Assembly (NCBI GenBank): GCA_951406725.2
Contig: OX597815.1
Span: 18,414,001 to 18,478,000, forward strand
Source of the DNA: Octopus vulgaris
Taxonomy: Eukaryota
Reading direction: 5' to 3'
DNA length: 64,000 bases
Positions 56,700 through 64,000 of the stretch are shown one piece after another. How positions within the stretch are numbered: position 1 is the stretch's first letter; each line of letters begins with the position of its first letter. A program made the translations under genes and the position numbers. Under the pieces are notes generated by a model. It saw nothing but the letters and a program-made list of their open reading frames with translations. It was not told where the DNA came from and did not search any database.

Positions 56700-57040
56700 G
56701 TATTTTTCCACTTAGATGTGGCTGACACATAGGAGACGATGCTACTGTTGCTTATAGCCCCAGGAAGATATCTTCTCCAGCTGGCTAACGACACACTGTC
56801 TGTGTCCGCTTAGCATTTGCTAAGTGAAATCCTCGTTCCACTCTCTAGCCTGGGATTTTCGGGTGGTAACCCGTCATAACGCTGATGACGGGTCACGTAA
56901 GGCTAGATGATTTCCCTTTGCAAATACTAATCGGACACAGAAAGTGTGTCGTTAGCCAGCTGGAGGAGATGTCTTCCTGAGGCTATAAAAAACAGTAGTA
57001 TCGCCTCCTATGGGTCTGTAACATTTAGGTGGTAAATATA
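56700..57040. mobile_element. Fold-back element with ~135-bp inverted arms and an internal hairpin
   Basis: cataggagacgatgctactg...caggaagatatcttctccagctggctaacgacacac pairs with gtgtgtcgttagccagctggaggagatgtcttcctg...cagtagtatcgcctcctatg. Confidence 0.85.
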
Positions 57041-57049
57041 CTTCACGAT

Positions 57050-57905
57050 TCCGTGCTGCTTCTGTTTACGTCTCGCTCAGAAATGTGACAAGCCCGCTGT
57101 AGTTCAGACTTCCGCCGCCAGAAACCAGTTGATGCAACCCTCAGACATCAGTCTTCCGACCGATATTGTCGGCTTGCCATTGTTTTGCAGTGCTTTTCCT
57201 CTGTTCAATTGCTCCAAAGTTTGAAACGAAGAAACGGCGTGCTTCCGCGAAATTCTGTTTTCTGCTGAGGAAAACGACGGCCGAAACAGTTGTCATGCTT
57301 CAAACAGCTTACAAAACCGCCTCCATGAGCAAAACCCAAACTTACGAGTGGTTTTCACGCTTTAGGAATAGCCAATTGTCGCTTGAGGACCAACCTCGTT
57401 AAGGGCGATTGGCGACCTCCGGACCTAATGAAAACATCATCGAAATTCATGAACTGATGTTTTGAGGCCGTCACTGAACAACTGACGTACTTGTTGGTAT
57501 GATTAGTGTGTCCTGTAGCTCCTGCCAACATATTTTTGAGCAAGGAATCATGAATTAAAAGAGTTGCTGCAAAATATCTGCCTCGCTTGTTCAAGGAAGA
57601 TCAAGATCAGTGACGACTGAATACGTGTCGTGAACTGAAAGAACAGTTGGAAGTTTATCCGGGGTCATCACTGGATGATGAAAGCTGGTACTACGGAATT
57701 TGCAGATGTGGAAGAGGTGAAGAAAAAAAACAACGGAGTCGTTAAAAGGCATCACTTAGCAAGAGTTCCAGCACTGCTTTGAACAGTGGAAAACGCGTCT
57801 GGACTGATACATTGCTTCAAATGGTGAATAATTTGAAGGCAATAAGAGTGCAAACCTGTAAACCTAAATGAATAAAATAATATTGTAAAATTCCGGTCTC
57901 ACCCC
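57050..57905 (+). mobile_element. Mariner transposase remnant with internal deletion
   Basis: RASAKFCFLLRKTTAETVVMLQTAY...QTYEWFSRFR...SLEDQPR (HTH), KRVAAKYLPRL, a DESWYYG-like segment and C-terminal FQHCFEQWKTRLD. Confidence 0.85.
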
Positions 57906-57985
57906 CGCCCATATAGATATCAATTTTATGCTAGTTAAAATATGTTTGCGCCATCTTAAAATCTAAAGGCAATTTACTGAGGTTA

Positions 57986-58435
57986 CCATGGAGAAAAAAT
58001 TCTCTTGTATAGTAAAAGGTGTAAAAATACTATACCTGCCCGGTGCTCCCCCACCCATCGGTTTCCCAGACGGCCGTTTCTGGCTCTTTAGCCTTTCTCA
58101 ATGGGATATACCGAAGAGAGTTAACTCTGAGCAGATTAAAGCTGTAGTTTTAATTATAAAAATAACCCAGTCAACATCAAATATAAAACAAAAACTGCCA
58201 ACACCAGATAAAAGTAACAGCATGAGCGCCAAGCAGTGATTAGGAAGAAGCGAACTTTAGGTTATTTCAAATAAGCTTCTGACGTATCTTAATTTCTAAT
58301 GCCAAATTCTCTACAGTTACCGGTATTTCCCATCAAGGAGGGATACAAAGCCAGAAACAGCCGTCTGGGAATCAGATAAGGCAGATATGACTTTTTCACA
58401 CCTTTTACCAGAAGGGAGAATTTTTTTCTCCACGG
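57986..58435. mobile_element. MITE with long (~130 bp) imperfect TIRs and TA TSD
   Basis: ta-ccatggagaaaaaattctc..gtaaaaggtgt..ttcccagacggccgtttctggct / agccagaaacagccgtctgggaa..acaccttttac..gagaatttttttctccacgg-ta. Confidence 0.82.
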
Positions 58436-59416
58436 TAATAATTTAACTTCAACTTTAACTGAACAATTACAATATTTTATTACAGAAAGATGGGGAGGGA
58501 GAGAGACAGAGAAAGAGAGGGAGGGGAGAAAAAAGAGAGGAGGATAGAGAGGGGAAGAGAGAGGGAGAGAGAAAGAGTAAAGGGGAGAGAGTAAGAAGAC
58601 TCCGAAGGCTCTCTGGAGAGAATTATTTAAAGAGAATTATAGTAATGCTTTTGATATATTTATGTAGTAAACTTTAGAGCAACGCATTTTAATTACTACT
58701 GTATGCAATAACAGAATTATTTTTTTGATAAAATTTGAAACCAATCTGTATTTTACTTCACTAAACACGTTAAGACTTTTCCAAAATAATTAAAAAAGAT
58801 AAGAAACAATTATTATCTGTACTGTACGTTTCTACCGATTGGTTGTCTGTAACAAAATCGATCAAAATATTCTGAACAGTCTGTAAACACACACGCACTC
58901 AAACACAGACACATAGACACACACACACAGACGCATACACACAGACGCATACACACACGCACTCACACTCACACGTATGTACACACATGTATGCATAATT
59001 CATAAGCCCTTGTTCGTGAAACGTTGTCTTCGAAATGGTGAAGTCTCGACTGCACTTCCTGAAAACTATCAGTAACCTAAGAATTAGACGTATGTGTATG
59101 ATGAGATGGGAACTGATTCTGCCTATATAAAAAAAAATCCCCTGTGTGCCTTCTGTGACCTCCAACTTCCTTTTGTTTTCCAGAAGACACTACGAAAATG
59201 GTACTATTTCTGCATAGTTTGGCACACCTGAAAAAGAAAGAGCAACATTCCTCGCAGACGACCTTAATTCCACCTTAATTCGCTTTAAATTGTTACACTA
59301 AATTCAAATCCCGAGAAGCTTCGTATTTAGTGGTTTTATGTATGGACACAAAAGGCAATGAGATACAGTACAAACAATATCTTTATATTAGACCATACTC
59401 ACCTCCAACAGCTTCC

Positions 59417-59589
<173 letters not shown>

Positions 59590-59860
59590 AGGGAGTAAAT
59601 CCAAACTTACAGGGGAAAATTAGATTTATGATTAAATCTAATTTTATAGTATAAATAAATATATATATTATATTAAATTAGAGATAAAACCACTATTAGG
59701 CAAATCAAACAGTGAAAATCATAAACCAATACATAGAAATAAAATTAATAAATAGAAAATATATAAAATATAAAATTCAAAAATTAAAATATTTAAATTA
59801 AAGTTAAAATCTAAAAAATTATTTAAATTCAAATTTAAACTTATAAATTTTTAAATATAT
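59590..59860 (+). mobile_element. AT-rich interspersed element between microsatellites
   Basis: Second copy at 55860-56140 (minus strand) and a fragment at 39333-39360. Confidence 0.8.
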
Positions 59861-61068
59861 ATATATATATATATATATATTATTATTATTTTATTTATTT
59901 ATTTATTTTTTTATATATAACTATCAAAAAGTATTAAAAGTTTAATATAAGATAAAGAGTAAAACCACTATGATCGTTTCATGCCCATTAACGAATTCGA
60001 ATAACAATAATTTAAATTCAATTAATAATTCGAATTATGGTTATAGTCAATCTTCAGGTTAATTATAATATTTAAATAAATAATCAAAAATATTTAAACA
60101 ATATCTTTTAAGAAATAAATAAAATAATAATTTTTCTTATAAAAAACTCTACTATCAAACTAGAAACTTAACGATTATGATTATGTCATACAATCGATTA
60201 TAATGTTAAATATTAATTTTTAATTTTTAAGTATCAATTTGAAAGTAAGAAACCCACAAATAATCTAATATCACGTATAATCAATATCTAATTACATAAA
60301 TATTTTACAAAAAAAAATGACTATTCGTATTATTAAATATATGATATTTGAATAATATATAAATTATCAATGAAAATATATAAATGTATATAAATATTAG
60401 AATTAAGATCTAAAATTATCTCTATAAATAGATATATATGCACGTATAATAAAGACCTAATAAATTAATTATTCATTATTACTAATAAAAATGTTAAAAT
60501 ATTAAAGATGAAATAGCTAATTGCAAAAAAATAAACAAACATTCTTAAACGAACGCTATAGCAAATTAACTATCTATATATCTCGTTGGCTAACTAATAA
60601 CTTTCAAAAATCGTATAGTTAAAATAAAATAATATAAAATACTTAATGAAATAATCAATTCGTAGTTATATAGCATCAAATAAATACTACAAATATATTT
60701 ATCAATGGGAAGAATATTACTACCAATAATCGATTTAAAAAAATCAATATATAAGTTATAATAATAATTATAAGAAATTTAAAATAACTGTCAACAAATA
60801 TAGTTATTTAAGACTAAAATTAATGCTATCAATACATGTATATACATGAAACCTAACTTTAAACAACTCGTATAATTGTTAACGAACAATATATCTATGG
60901 CGAATAAACGTAAAGCTAATATCTAATAATTATATTTAAAAAATTACGATAATTAGATCATTACATAAACATCAATATTTACATAAAAAACAATAATATT
61001 ATACCATAAGATTTATAAAATATTTAAATTTTAAAATTTAAAAATCTTAAATATAAATATATACTTAG

Positions 61069-61115
<47 letters not shown>

Positions 61116-61177
61116 AACTTGCTGATGTTGGAGTGTTTTGGAAGAATAACAAGTAATAACCTAACGATATATATTTT

Positions 61178-61290
61178 TAATTACCCTGACGAGATTTTGC
61201 CCAGTAAGATGTTTTAATTACTGGAAATTAATTTTTTGGGACAAAATCGAAGCAACTAAAAGTGAACATGTTGAATTGTTGCAGTTAATA
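61178..61290 (+). ncRNA. Type-I hammerhead-like motif with extended stems (G15.1-C16.1 variant)
   Basis: taattacc-CTGACGA-gattttg...caaaatc-GAA-gcaac...gttgc-A-gttaat. Confidence 0.5.
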
Positions 61291-61651
61291 AATTACATTA
61301 CTGCTACCTCTCCATTTTCTGGATCTTAATTTGAATATTTATAAACCAAAATTTATACTTAAACGTATTATTTTAGGAATATTACTATTCACAACAAAAT
61401 AATAGCTAACAAACTAGTAATTCATTGGATATTTTCTATTCCTTAAGGTGGTTATTTTAACCTCCATTTAAACTTATATATATAAATAAGCACGTGTGTA
61501 CATGCGCACACATACGCACACATATAGTCACATATTTTACAGTTAGATTATTTTGAATTATTATTTATTTCTCAGAAAAATATCTGCGGTCCATGTCTCC
61601 ATCAACACATCACAATAGACAGTTATACATTCTTACTGCGTTTTAAGCTCT

Positions 61652-62357
<706 letters not shown>

Positions 62358-62886
62358 AGCGAATTCAGTCACATACACCTTTTCATTCTTAACGTACGAT
62401 CGGATGCTTTGCATTGTCTTGTCAAATCAACCTAAACTAGATGAAACATAATAGGTTGTATCACTAGTGACTAATTCAAATCTAAGCCATTAGTCATCTA
62501 GAGTATTGGTCATTCTTAGCTTTCAGGTTCAATTACGCACAGTGCAAGCTGCGAGAGTGTGTTTTATGTTTTTAACCTTTTAAAAACGACAATTTTCCAC
62601 TATATTGTTATATAAAAAAACTTGTTCTTTGAAATCGGAACGTGTTTTTGCTGTAGTAGTAGTTCAATCTAATACGTTGGAAGTCAAACGGTACAAATTA
62701 ATTCGTGGTAAACGAAAGAATACAGGCACACAGGGGAAGTTAAACTGTACAAATAAACGTGGTGAGTCAAGGAATGTAAATTAGCAAGTGGTGATCAAGC
62801 AGTACAAACTGGTATGTCAAAGGGTACAAACTTGCACGTGCAGAGATGGAACAAAGTAAACATTGGTGTTAAATAACATGCAGTAA

Positions 62887-63521
62887 GGCGGCGGGGTGGC
62901 AGAATCGTTAGCACGTTGGGCGAAATGCTTAGCCGTATTTCGTCCGCCGTTACGTTCTGAGTTCAAATTCCGCTGAGGTCGACTTTGCCTTTCATCCTTT
63001 CGGGGTCGATTAAATAATTACCAGTTACGCACTGGGGACGATCTAATAGAAAAGGCAGCGAGCTGGCAGAAACGTTTGCACGCCGGGCGAAATGCTTAGC
63101 GGTATTTCGTCTGTCGTTACGTTCTGAGTTCAAATTCCGCCGAGGTCGACTTTGCCTTCCATCATTTCGGGTTCGATATATTAAGTACCAGTTGCGCACT
63201 GTAATCGACTTAATCCGTTTGTCTGTCCTTGTTTGTCCTCTCTGTGTTTAGCCCCTTGTGGGTAGTAAAGAAATAGGTATTTCGTCTGTCTTTATGTTCT
63301 GAGTTTAAATTCAGCCGAGGTCGACATTACCTTTCATCCGTTCGGGGTCGATTAAATAAGTACCAGTTACGCACTGGGGTCGATGTAATCGACTTAATCC
63401 CTTTGTCTGTCCTTGTTTGTCCCCTCTATGTTTAGCTCCTTGTGGGTAGTAAAGAAATAGGTATTTAAATGCCACTAAGCATTTTTTCTGGGGCGCTAAT
63501 GATTCTGCCAGTTCGCCGCTT
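62887..63521 (+). mobile_element. SINE family B cluster: partial monomer, head plus dimer, then an inverted head fragment
   Basis: Heads at 62887 and ~63053, unit junction aaatag|gtatttcg at ~63277, inverted head gattctgccagttcgccgctt at the end. Confidence 0.88.
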
Positions 63522-64000
63522 TAAATAATGTTACTATAAGTGATGTCAAGCTGAAGATAAAATAAACGCAGTATGATTTATAATTAAGTTTATTTTTATA
63601 ATTATCTTTAGCTTCACTTGACGTGTGTGAGTTATTTTTTTAATTAACATTTTTCTTTATTATTTCACGGTTGGTAATGATATTTATTCTTCGATCTCTG
63701 AGATAGTCTCTTATTCCTTGATAGCTGGCTCAGAAGTGCTTATGACAAAAACAACATGCTTTCATTCTAGCAGTTTGTAACCAGCTTCTTTCTTCCTCAA
63801 AACCATGAAGGGCGGTAACATGCAAAAAGTAGACAGCAGGTACGACGCAGTGTCTCCTTCAAAAAGCACCAACTAGATGTTGACTTGTCCAATTTCCCTA
63901 CTAATTTCTATGAAAACTGTCTTCCAGTCTCCTAATTTTAGCTGCCCTGACCTTCTCTAGACATTTTAGAATCCACAAGTGACGAACCATATCATATACA

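Overview
Repeat-dense, AT-rich metazoan DNA, intergenic or intronic. The SINE families and microsatellite load look like a coleoid cephalopod such as Octopus (inference from pattern recognition, not a database result). I can support no intact host protein-coding gene. Most ORF-track entries are microsatellite or SINE artefacts. Contents: a 5'-truncated Penelope-like retroelement (PLE) with RT, GIY-YIG and pseudo-LTR inserted in (TA)n, plus a second PLE remnant; CR1-like and R4/Dong-like LINE remnants; two Tc1 remnants and a mariner remnant; several MITEs; about 20 tRNA-derived SINE copies from four families; a 9x150-bp satellite derived from a SINE; and many long microsatellites. The most notable signal is about a dozen minimal type-I hammerhead-ribozyme-like motifs from several unrelated short element families. 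They have a short, usually palindromic stem III, and many carry non-canonical cores (U3-A8 swap, A6U, U4C, G15.1-C16.1). Most sit in 150-400 bp modules embedded in or next to (TA)n tracts. All folds were read by eye and none has been tested for activity.
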